Source of the DNA: Dehalococcoidia bacterium UBA2777
Lineage (GTDB): Bacteria > Chloroflexota > Dehalococcoidia > UBA2247 > UBA2777
Direction: 5' to 3'
NCBI GenBank assembly: GCA_002352365.1
Contig: DEIJ01000036.1
Span: 1-32,642, forward strand
DNA: 32,642 nucleotides
Of the stretch, positions 1 through 8,425 are shown in pieces; positions within the stretch are counted from its first letter, which is position 1; the number at the start of each line of letters is the position of its first letter. Below the pieces are notes generated by a model. That model saw only the letters and a list, made by a program, of their open reading frames with translations. It was not told the origin of the DNA and ran no database searches. The translations under genes were made by a program, and so were the position numbers.

Positions 1-46
1 GCCCTTCCAGTGGAACATCCGCTTTAAGGTCGTTGATGTTAACCAT
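1..46 (-). CDS. possible 5' end of a gene running off the window edge (MVNINDLKADVPLEG...)
   Basis: ATG at 46 opens a frame to the window edge and has AT-rich sequence upstream; no RBS and only 15 codons visible. Confidence 0.2.
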   Translation of the reverse strand, partial: MVNINDLKADVPLEG

Positions 47-262
47 TAGTTAACATAATATTAAATATAAACCTTAAAGATCATCTGTTACACTTATCTA
101 ATAGCCTGAGACTGCTTAGAAATATAGTGTGAGTCTAAAACACCTGCCGCAAAGCAGACCTGAAGATCTGCACCACATAGATTTGGAGGCGAAGAGTTGA
201 AAAGGGCCAAAATTCCTACAGAAAATCAAGATTAGGTAGCTTGAGCCGAGAAAGGAGAGACA

Positions 263-458
263 ATGGTTGCTCTGGCAGATGGAGCACAAAAAGAGCTCGC
301 GGAGGCAATTTTACCGAATTACTACAGATCCCGCCGTAGCTTTATCTTATGATCATATCCACAAATTCTCCCGGAGATGGATCAAGCGACACACCGCCAT
401 CTTTGCCGAGTACACTATCGAATATCATCAAACTCAGAGGATGAAAAAGATGACCTAG
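263..458 (+). pseudogene. possible decayed transposase fragment (IS256-superfamily/ISKra4/ISLre2-like)
   Basis: AAGGAG then ATG at 263 gives MVALADGA...FIL*; a shifted frame continues DHIHKF, resembling the 'vxLxDGa...iLDxxH' motif pair; weak, by eye only. Confidence 0.2.
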
Positions 459-1153
459 TTTTTGTGTCTAATCATTATGCACGCTATGCTACGCGTGCAG
501 CTATTTTTCCCTGAATAGGTGATGTCCCTTACCTGAGCCTCTGTAGCCCGAAACCAACCGTTTGCCTCTCGTTTAAAAAATTCTTCTTTCCGTACTTCAA
601 ACCCGTTACATAGTCTTTCCACTCTCTTGGCATCATAAATGCGCCATTCATCGAGCACAGCGGCTTCCCCATAAGGCACGGTTATTAAGATATAGCCATT
701 ATCTGTGAGGAGATTATTTAGCCGCTCTATACATCTGATATCTCCATCCCTATCTAATCCTATATGTTCAATTGTAGAGATAATGGTTATTATATCAAAA
801 AACCCCCGGGGCAGCTCGGCAGTTAGAATGTCCCCCCGGATAAACCTAAAGTTGGGGTGCTTTAGATTATAGGGGCGGACGTCTATACCCCAGACCTCAA
901 AGCCAAGACTAGCCAGCATAATAGGGAAGAAGGTCTCACAGCAACCAATATCCAGAATACGTCTCGCCCGCGAATCAATATTAGTTAGCACCCAGGGGTA
1001 CTCCACTGCCCGTTCAACTTGCTGAATATCACCAAGAAAGGGCCGCGGTTGTATGCCTAACCTCCTCGACAGCTTTACGGCAGCAGGAAGAGTCGCGGTG
1101 GGGAGGATTCTCTTAAGCGTTAACAGGATTCCCCGCGGAATAGATATAATCAA
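455..1153 (-). CDS. class I SAM-dependent methyltransferase (DUF268-like, glycan-locus type)
   Basis: ERAVEYPW, ILDIGCC motif I, GIDVR, FDIITIISTIEHIG, ITVPYG; ATGA overlap with upstream gene. Confidence 0.85.
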   Translation of the reverse strand: MIISIPRGILLTLKRILPTATLPAAVKLSRRLGIQPRPFLGDIQQVERAVEYPWVLTNIDSRARRILDIGCCETFFPIMLASLGFEVWGIDVRPYNLKHPNFRFIRGDILTAELPRGFFDIITIISTIEHIGLDRDGDIRCIERLNNLLTDNGYILITVPYGEAAVLDEWRIYDAKRVERLCNGFEVRKEEFFKREANGWFRATEAQVRDITYSGKNSCTRSIACIMIRHKN

Positions 1154-1977
1154 TCTGGGCCTCCTTTTTCATCGCCTGGTGAATCTTTCCTTTCGAGGAT
1201 ATACAGCCAATGGGTAGCCAGCTTGGGGTAGAATTTCTTGGCGATTTTCAGGCTTAAAAATGAGGGGAGGCATAATGCCTCTTTCACAAAGTAATATAGC
1301 CTTACCAGCTTAGAGCGTGGGGATAACATTTGCCTTGGCTCATCGTCAGGGTTTTCTCCCCAGATTAGTTTAGTTACTCTCTGGGCCAATAAATCAATGG
1401 CAAACAGCGAAGCCGAGGGATCCACAGGGCAAGAGGCGACAAGATCAAACCCATACTGGGGGAAGAGATTTTCCCATTCGGCTTTAGATATAGTTAGTAG
1501 TGGGGCAAATAAGCTAATCAAGTGAGACGAAGATTGCTCGAGCAGAATTGCCTGCCCACCATTTCCCTTGAGTATCCTGCTTATTTCCTTCATTGATGAT
1601 CCCAGTTCATCTTTTGACGGGAGGTGCTGTAAAGTAGTAATTGTGATAACCATATCGAAAATGTCGCTCCTAAAGGGCAGATAACGAGCCGAAGCTTGAA
1701 CTACTTTCTCTGTGCCAGCTAGTTTCAATGTAGGCCGGCTGATGTCAATGCCCCAAACATCTTTAGCTCCCCACTCGCGCCAGTAGTCAAACCAATAAGC
1801 AGTACCACAGCCGATTTCCAAAATGCTTTTGCCCTGTAGCCGGTTTTTAATTCCCTGGAGGGCATCTTTTTGCCCATATCGAATGTATTTATTAGTAATT
1901 GGCCCCGCCCAAGGTATTAACGCACTCTTCTGTTTATATTGAAGTCCGAGGCTTTCCCAATAACTTTTCTGCTCCAC
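1150..1977 (-). CDS. class I SAM-dependent methyltransferase (Methyltransf_11-like)
   Basis: ILEIGCGT, GIDIS, LPFRSDIFD, TLQHL, EISRILKGNGG; GTG start 2 bp after GT4 stop. Confidence 0.85.
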   Translation of the reverse strand: MEQKSYWESLGLQYKQKSALIPWAGPITNKYIRYGQKDALQGIKNRLQGKSILEIGCGTAYWFDYWREWGAKDVWGIDISRPTLKLAGTEKVVQASARYLPFRSDIFDMVITITTLQHLPSKDELGSSMKEISRILKGNGGQAILLEQSSSHLISLFAPLLTISKAEWENLFPQYGFDLVASCPVDPSASLFAIDLLAQRVTKLIWGENPDDEPRQMLSPRSKLVRLYYFVKEALCLPSFLSLKIAKKFYPKLATHWLYILERKDSPGDEKGGPD

Positions 1978-1979
1978 AG

Positions 1980-3068
1980 CTAGGTCACCGATGATATGAC
2001 GTCCATAAACTCTCGGCTACTTCTATCCCAGCTAAAGTTTGAAGCCCACTTTAGAGCGTTCGAGCTTAACTCTTGTCGCAGTTGGCTATCGGTTAACATC
2101 TCTACTATTGCATTTGCCAGTTCGTCTATATTTGAGTAGGGGACCAAGATACCTGTCTCTCTATGCTTTATCGAGTCTCTTAGACCAGGAACATCGTAGG
2201 CGATGGCCGGGGTTCCGCAAGAGTTAGCCTCAATTACCGAGATTGCCCACCCCTCCTTCATCGAAGGAGTAACGAATACCCAGGCCTTTTGTAGTATCTC
2301 AGCCTTCTCCTTTTCCGATACCTCCCCCACTAATCTGACACAGGAGGTAAGTTCCAACCTGCGGACTAATTCCTTCAGCTCATTATAATCTCCCCGTCCA
2401 GCTACTATCAACTCAACCTCAGCTATTTTATTCCTCACTACCTTGAAAGCTTTAACCAGATGGTCTATCTGCTTATACTTTTTAACTCTCCCTAAATATA
2501 CCACTTGAGGAGTCGGCGCTTTCGGTCCCGAGGTATATGAGTTAGAATCGACCCCATTATGAACGATGGCAATCTTCTGTTCCGGGATTCCTTTGGCCAC
2601 CAATTCATCCTTCGTGCTCTGGGATACTACCACGAAAGGTGCTTTCTTATAAAAAAGTGGAATCAACTTCTCTGAAAGGTAAATATAAATGGCCAAAGGT
2701 AATGATAGCTCTTTAAACAAGATATTGCCATGCAAGTGATGGTCTATGGCTATCACCGGTTTTCTGACATATAATGGCACCAGTAATGGCACCTTGCTTA
2801 TATCATCAACGACGACATCGAATTTTTCTCCTTTTAACCTCCTCATAAAGTACCCGAAGGCCGCATAATTAAACAAGAATTTGCTCCCCACTCGGATCAC
2901 TCTAATTCCCTCGATAGTCTCCTCCAGCTTGCAGCCAGGAAACCTAGATGAAACTAAAACAACCTCATGTCCCCGAGCAATCCGTTTGAAGATTTCATGT
3001 AGGTGGATTTCGGCACCACCTGCCTCGGGATTGTTTATATCTCGCCAGTTGAGGATTAATATCCTCAT
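1980..3068 (-). CDS. glycosyltransferase family 4 (GT-B)
   Basis: MRILILNWRD..NPEAGGAE N-terminus, YLGRVKKYK, EGWAISVIEA (EX7E), DVPGLRDSI. Confidence 0.93.
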   Translation of the reverse strand: MRILILNWRDINNPEAGGAEIHLHEIFKRIARGHEVVLVSSRFPGCKLEETIEGIRVIRVGSKFLFNYAAFGYFMRRLKGEKFDVVVDDISKVPLLVPLYVRKPVIAIDHHLHGNILFKELSLPLAIYIYLSEKLIPLFYKKAPFVVVSQSTKDELVAKGIPEQKIAIVHNGVDSNSYTSGPKAPTPQVVYLGRVKKYKQIDHLVKAFKVVRNKIAEVELIVAGRGDYNELKELVRRLELTSCVRLVGEVSEKEKAEILQKAWVFVTPSMKEGWAISVIEANSCGTPAIAYDVPGLRDSIKHRETGILVPYSNIDELANAIVEMLTDSQLRQELSSNALKWASNFSWDRSSREFMDVISSVT

Positions 3069-3102
3069 TTTATCTCTCTAATATGGCTGGTGAAGACAGC
3101 AT

Positions 3103-3131
3103 AGTATACCATGCTTGCGGCTAGCAGGGAA
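3103..3131 (-). promoter_or_regulatory. putative sigma70 promoter for the GT4-methyltransferase genes
   Basis: minus strand TTCCCT-N17-TATACT with extended -10 TG (TGgTATACT). Confidence 0.4.
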
Positions 3132-4401
3132 GTGACTTAGCTGATCGGGACACTAAGTTCAAGTAAAATGGTATCACCGAGACAAAGCTAATAATTCCGC
3201 AGAGAAGCACCACATTTACTATCTGAGTAATGCTAGAGTGGAACAAACTTATTAGCCCCAGCTCTAAAATTATCACTACTAATAGAGGATAGGCTATCTT
3301 GGCTTGATTTAATGACAGGGAGTAGTTAACCACCAGGAAGGAGAGGGCGAAAAAGAACATGGCCAACCCATATTTGAACAAAAATGGCGTTGCCAAGGGA
3401 TATTTATCTCCAAAGAGGGAGCCTACGATGAAATGGGGGCAAAGCAAATAAACTATAGCCACTCCCCCACCTATAAGCAAAGTATAAATGGCTGCCTTTC
3501 GCAACAGAAATCGCGTCTTGCCCCCAACCTCAAAAAGCCCTGATGTTTTGGGAAACATCGCTACAGCTACTCCGGCAGGGGCGTAAAGGACTATCCTTCC
3601 CAATACCGAAATGGCGGAGTAATTTCCCATACTCTCTGGGCTGAGATAATGCTTTGCCAAGATCACATCTATGTTGGTTAATACCGCAAAGGAGAAGATA
3701 GCGAGAAAGGTTAAGCCAGTATAGGAGAAGAGGCCGCCCAGTTCACTTTTCTGATTGCCTCCTCTGGCCAAATCCTTGAGAGAGAGTAAGGTTACTAAGA
3801 AGACTATAAAATAAGCCAAGGGAAAGGCAATTAGCCCACCGTAGATCTCTAAACCTAGGTAGACAAGTAGGATGGCGAGAAAAAGCTTTAGCAAGGCCCA
3901 TAAAGCAGCACTAAAACCTAATGGCAAAAATCTCTGTAGCCCCTGTAGCACCCCCCAATTTACTGGCAGAGCGAAGGCCAAAATGAGTGAAGAGAATGGG
4001 ACGACGAGATACCATCCATTGTCTATATTAAGAAACCCTGAAATCAGTGGGGTGAGCCCAGTTAGGATGAGAAATAACACCGAGCCAAGCAGAATGGTTC
4101 GCCGCAGAGAGAATTTCCATAGATAGCTTACCCCCCCAGGGTTATTTTGGGCGTTGAACTTAGCGGTGAACTTAGTGATCGAAGTTTGGAAGGCCTGGGA
4201 CATTATCATGGTTATGGTAAGCAGGGAGGTAAGGCTGAACAATATGCCGTATTGGGCTGGGGTTAGCAACATACCCATAGCAAGCTGGTAGAGATAATTG
4301 AAAGCCCCTGCCGCTAAGCCAAAAGCAACCATTATGGTGCTATGTCTGGTCAGATCATCTGCCTTCGCCCTTTGTTTGATCAAGCTTAGCCTGGGATGCA
4401 T
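3121..4401 (-). CDS. oligosaccharide flippase (Wzx/MOP superfamily)
   Basis: about 12 hydrophobic segments, NYLYQL..LLTPAQYG, GVLQGLQRF, NIDVILAKHYL..GNYSAISVLGR, MFPK; AAGGAG RBS. Confidence 0.88.
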   Translation of the reverse strand: MHPRLSLIKQRAKADDLTRHSTIMVAFGLAAGAFNYLYQLAMGMLLTPAQYGILFSLTSLLTITMIMSQAFQTSITKFTAKFNAQNNPGGVSYLWKFSLRRTILLGSVLFLILTGLTPLISGFLNIDNGWYLVVPFSSLILAFALPVNWGVLQGLQRFLPLGFSAALWALLKLFLAILLVYLGLEIYGGLIAFPLAYFIVFLVTLLSLKDLARGGNQKSELGGLFSYTGLTFLAIFSFAVLTNIDVILAKHYLSPESMGNYSAISVLGRIVLYAPAGVAVAMFPKTSGLFEVGGKTRFLLRKAAIYTLLIGGGVAIVYLLCPHFIVGSLFGDKYPLATPFLFKYGLAMFFFALSFLVVNYSLSLNQAKIAYPLLVVIILELGLISLFHSSITQIVNVVLLCGIISFVSVIPFYLNLVSRSAKSLPC

Positions 4402-4452
4402 TTTCTCCTTAACTTACCATTTTGTTCTGCTCAAAGCAACAAATTTTTGTCC

Positions 4453-4481
4453 TTGTTAAATCTCCCCCATCTTCTTAGAAT
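4453..4481 (+). promoter_or_regulatory. putative sigma70 promoter for the GT-C genes
   Basis: TTGTTA-N17-TAGAAT in the divergent intergenic gap. Confidence 0.45.
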
Positions 4482-4493
4482 AAGGAAGGCTTT

Positions 4494-7019
4494 TTGTTGA
4501 ACATGGGGGGGAAAGCACCACAAAGATTTTCCTGGCGTGGTATCACTGAAATCGCCATCCTGGTTTCGGTTACTTTGCTGGTGGCGAGCAATTGGTTCAA
4601 TCCGGCATTGCCTAAGGGACACGATGCTGTTGCCGACATATCAGTAGCTGAGGCTGCTAGGCAGGCTATCTTTGGTTACCACCTAATCCCGGGGTGGGTT
4701 GACCATTGGTATTTAGGTTATCCTTTATTTTTCGTCTCCCCACCACTCATTAATCTGTTACGAATAGGGCTGAGCCTCCCTTTAGGATGGGTGGTGGCCA
4801 GCAAGTTACTCTATGGACTATTTTTTGGGCTTAGTGGTGTTTTTGCCTACTATTACGTCCACCGGATAACGGGAAATAGGTATGCCTCTTTTATCGCCGG
4901 GCTAGTTTATACCTTCTCCTCCTTTCACTTAACTGAAGTGGTCTTTGAGGGCCACTATGGTATTGGGGCAGCATATATGTTGATTCCCCTGGTGCTCTTG
5001 AGCTTGGAGAAGGCGATCAAAAGATGGACTACTAGAGGCATCGCCATTGCTGGGATTCTTGTTGCCCTGTTAACCTTAACCCATCCTCAGGCATTCCCCC
5101 TTCTAGTTGGCCCGTTCGTGGTGCTGTTTTGCCTGTTTCACTTCTGCCTGGCGGCTAGGCAACAAAAGCGCAGAGTCTTGCTAAGCAGTTTGTCAGTATT
5201 TTTACTTGGCCTGCTGCTCAGCGCCTTTTGGTGGTTCCCTCTGTTTGGGGAAATAGGCTATTTTCACTCAGTCAAATTTTCTGATTTGCCACCATATGAT
5301 CCCACCTTCCTTCAGCTGATAAGTCTGCGCCCAAGTGGCTCCTGTTGCGCCCCCTTTACCACTTTCGCTGCTTCAGGCTCTATCTTTATTCAAATCCTCC
5401 AGCTTTTTCCCACGGTACTTGCCTTCTTGGGACTGCTTTTAAATTATAAAAATAAATATGCTTGGTTCTTCGTCATTGCCGCACTGGGGGGGATTTTTTT
5501 AGCCTGGGGGCCTACCTCCTCACCGATAAACCTCTATGGAGCAGCTTCCGACTACTGGCCCTTTTTTGATAGAATAAGAACACCGCAGAGGTTTTTACTC
5601 TTCACCTGTTTCGCTTATGCTGCCTTAGCCGGCTTAGGGGTAAAAAGCATTGTAGACAGAGTTAAAAAACCTAGACCCTCAGTCATAATTGTGGTCATCT
5701 TAAGTCTATTGGTAGTAGCAAATACCTGGCAGGAAGGCCGAGAAGCCTTTGAAAGTTTTGAGTTGACCCCAGATCAAGAGCAAGCTATCGAGTGGTTATC
5801 GGAGCAAGATGAGGGTAGATTGATGGTGCTCCCGCCTCAAACCTGGATATACTCCCCCCAATTGCGGAACATTGTCAATCCCATGTGTTATACTTGGCTC
5901 CATGGCAAGCAAACGGTGCATGGGGGCACGCCAGCCCTAGCCCCAAAGTGGACCGGGGCCTTTTTGGAGGAAATATACTCCCATTGGACGACAGAATCGC
6001 AGCCGACAAATATTGGCGGAGTATTAGATGTGCTTGGGGCAAAATATGTGGTAATCGACAAAACAGTTCCCGCTTCTGCTTGTTATGTTTTGGATAGCTC
6101 TTTCACCAAGCACTGGGAATCCGAGACTATAGATATTTATCGGCATGATGATCCCTACCCCAGAATTTTTGCTACTGTCCCTACACATCAGGAGACTATA
6201 ACCGGTGGCGATAAGGTGATGCGGGAGGGGAATCAAGATATTGAAATAACTCGGAGCTCCGATTATGTTAAAGTCGGCGACTGGAGCTGGAAGGTCGATT
6301 GTACCTTCAACAAAAAGGGACAAGATCGATTCGCTGTAGGCATCCCTGTCCATCTGCCCCAGGATACCACCACTGTTTCCTTTTGGTACTATTTGCCGCA
6401 ATCCCTTCCTCAGGCTATGCTAGGGGTTCATCTCCGTGAATTGGATAACAGCAAGTATTTCCATAACCCCATTGCTGATATGTCAGCAGGCTGGCACGAG
6501 GTGGAGGTCCCTCTATCTATGGTTTATTCGAGATGGTCAACAGATGAGAACATGCGTTTAGATAAAAGCCAAGTAGCCGATATCTGGCTCGGGGTATATG
6601 AAACAAAGGATGATGAAAACCCATCGAGCTTTTCAATTTATTTTAGCCAAGTTAGCCTACATAGTGAGAGAATAGAAAGAGTAGACTTTACCTTAATACA
6701 GCCGGGCAAATATCACCTTCAGCTGAATTCGACCCAGCCTTTACGTTTAGTCCTCGCTGAGTCTTATTATCCCGGTTGGGTGGCCAAGATAGATAATAAG
6801 GTCATCCCCTCGGAGAGAACCTACGGCTTTCTAAATGGCTGGCATTTGAATGAGACAGGAGAATATGATCTCACCTTGGAATTTACCAAAAGCGGACAGA
6901 GGAAATTAGGCCAGGGTTTGACCCTGCTAACCATGATAGGGATGTTACTTTTGTTTGTCAGCCGAAGAGTTAAAACGAAGTGGCTCATAAAGTTTACCCA
7001 CCATATTTCCACCGGCTAA
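4494..7019 (+). CDS. PTPS-related/YfhO-like polytopic membrane protein (GT-C fold) with CBM-like insert
   Basis: GHD..., WVDHWYLGYPLF..PP, about 12 TM segments, RTPQRF, LDVLGAKYVVI, C-terminal LVLAESYYPGW.A.ID...GFLNGW plus final TM; start may be ATG 4503. Confidence 0.8.
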   Translation: MLNMGGKAPQRFSWRGITEIAILVSVTLLVASNWFNPALPKGHDAVADISVAEAARQAIFGYHLIPGWVDHWYLGYPLFFVSPPLINLLRIGLSLPLGWVVASKLLYGLFFGLSGVFAYYYVHRITGNRYASFIAGLVYTFSSFHLTEVVFEGHYGIGAAYMLIPLVLLSLEKAIKRWTTRGIAIAGILVALLTLTHPQAFPLLVGPFVVLFCLFHFCLAARQQKRRVLLSSLSVFLLGLLLSAFWWFPLFGEIGYFHSVKFSDLPPYDPTFLQLISLRPSGSCCAPFTTFAASGSIFIQILQLFPTVLAFLGLLLNYKNKYAWFFVIAALGGIFLAWGPTSSPINLYGAASDYWPFFDRIRTPQRFLLFTCFAYAALAGLGVKSIVDRVKKPRPSVIIVVILSLLVVANTWQEGREAFESFELTPDQEQAIEWLSEQDEGRLMVLPPQTWIYSPQLRNIVNPMCYTWLHGKQTVHGGTPALAPKWTGAFLEEIYSHWTTESQPTNIGGVLDVLGAKYVVIDKTVPASACYVLDSSFTKHWESETIDIYRHDDPYPRIFATVPTHQETITGGDKVMREGNQDIEITRSSDYVKVGDWSWKVDCTFNKKGQDRFAVGIPVHLPQDTTTVSFWYYLPQSLPQAMLGVHLRELDNSKYFHNPIADMSAGWHEVEVPLSMVYSRWSTDENMRLDKSQVADIWLGVYETKDDENPSSFSIYFSQVSLHSERIERVDFTLIQPGKYHLQLNSTQPLRLVLAESYYPGWVAKIDNKVIPSERTYGFLNGWHLNETGEYDLTLEFTKSGQRKLGQGLTLLTMIGMLLLFVSRRVKTKWLIKFTHHISTG

Positions 7020-8425
7020 TCCGAACGTGTGCCTTTCAGGCCATTGGGTTAGCTTTGATATACATACTTATCGCCTGTCTAATATCCTTGTCGAAGCATT
7101 GGTCATATAATACCTATGCTTTTGACCTGGGGATATTCAGCCAATCTCTATGGTATACCATGAAGGGGAACGTCCTCTACAACTCGCCAGAGGGGATGTC
7201 CCATTTTGGCTATCATTTTCAGCCCATCTTATTGCTGCTATTGCCTATTTTCCGAATTGCGCCATATAGTGAGACACTGCTGGTGATTCAAAGCATTGCT
7301 CTTGGTGGCAGCGGCTATCTGATCTATCGGCTAGCTGCAACTTTGGGTTTAGAACATAAAATGGCTCTCCTTGTGGAGGTTTTCTTCCTCTCCTCCCCGT
7401 TAGTCCACGGGGTAAATTTCTATGACTTTCACCCAGTGGCTTTAGCTGTGCCAACACTTCTGGTCATGATTTTAGGCCTTAGGGGGCGAAGATGGGTGGT
7501 TTTTGGGGTGGGCTTGACTCTTTCTTTAATGACTAAGGAAGATGTAATTGTGGCCCTAGCTGTATTTGGTGGGGTTATGCTACTTGCCCAATATTTGAAA
7601 GGCAACCGGCTGCGGAAGGCATATCTAGCGATTTTTCTGTCAAGTTTGGCTATGGGGATAACAGCCATGGTTGTCGCCAAAATCGCTTCGGGGCAGGATA
7701 TCCCTCCTATGCTGAGGTGTATAACTGAGAGGTGGCCGTATCAAGATAGACCATTCGATATCGCCACGGCCGAGGCATTTGGCAACTTCTTTAGCCTGGA
7801 GTCGATATTCCTATTCCTCAGCTATTTTCTACCCCTCGCTTTCCTCCCTCTGCTCTCACCACTGTGGATCTCACCGGTGCTGTTTAATGTCGGTAAAGAC
7901 ATGCTGGCAGCATACGAGGGACAGAAGCAGCTAATTCAATACACTGCACCGGCGATACCATTTCTATTCGCCGCGCTGATAGAGACTTTGAGAGCAAGGC
8001 TAAGTCTGTGGATCACAAAGGGGAAAAAGTGGTTACTTATAGCTATCGTGGTGATGTCGTTTTCATTGAGCTTACTTTTTGACTTTATACACTTGCCTCA
8101 GGGCGTTACTTTTGGAGCCCCCGCTATGCCGGGGGTACATGAAGCAGCTACCACCAGGATCATCAGTTTTATACCCGATGGAGTCACTGTAACTGTCCCT
8201 AATCATATTTTCCCTCATTTGTGCACCCGGACATATACCTACTTGCCAGACGGTCCGGGTGATGGGAAGCTAAATTCAGAGTATGCCATAATAGACCTAC
8301 AAAATATGGATAGCTATCAAGATAAAGCCTCGGGGCGGAGTATAAATTGGGAAAGGCATTTCAGCACCGAGTATGGGGTGATATTGCGCCTTGATGATAT
8401 AATCTTGCTCAAGCGAGGAAATTAA
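6980..8425 (+). CDS. DUF2079 family membrane protein (putative GT-C glycosyltransferase)
   Basis: FDLGIFSQSLW, HFGYHFQPIL, TLLVIQS, NFYDFHP, KED, QY..P, PHL..R motifs; polytopic. Confidence 0.85.
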   Translation: MAHKVYPPYFHRLIRTCAFQAIGLALIYILIACLISLSKHWSYNTYAFDLGIFSQSLWYTMKGNVLYNSPEGMSHFGYHFQPILLLLLPIFRIAPYSETLLVIQSIALGGSGYLIYRLAATLGLEHKMALLVEVFFLSSPLVHGVNFYDFHPVALAVPTLLVMILGLRGRRWVVFGVGLTLSLMTKEDVIVALAVFGGVMLLAQYLKGNRLRKAYLAIFLSSLAMGITAMVVAKIASGQDIPPMLRCITERWPYQDRPFDIATAEAFGNFFSLESIFLFLSYFLPLAFLPLLSPLWISPVLFNVGKDMLAAYEGQKQLIQYTAPAIPFLFAALIETLRARLSLWITKGKKWLLIAIVVMSFSLSLLFDFIHLPQGVTFGAPAMPGVHEAATTRIISFIPDGVTVTVPNHIFPHLCTRTYTYLPDGPGDGKLNSEYAIIDLQNMDSYQDKASGRSINWERHFSTEYGVILRLDDIILLKRGN

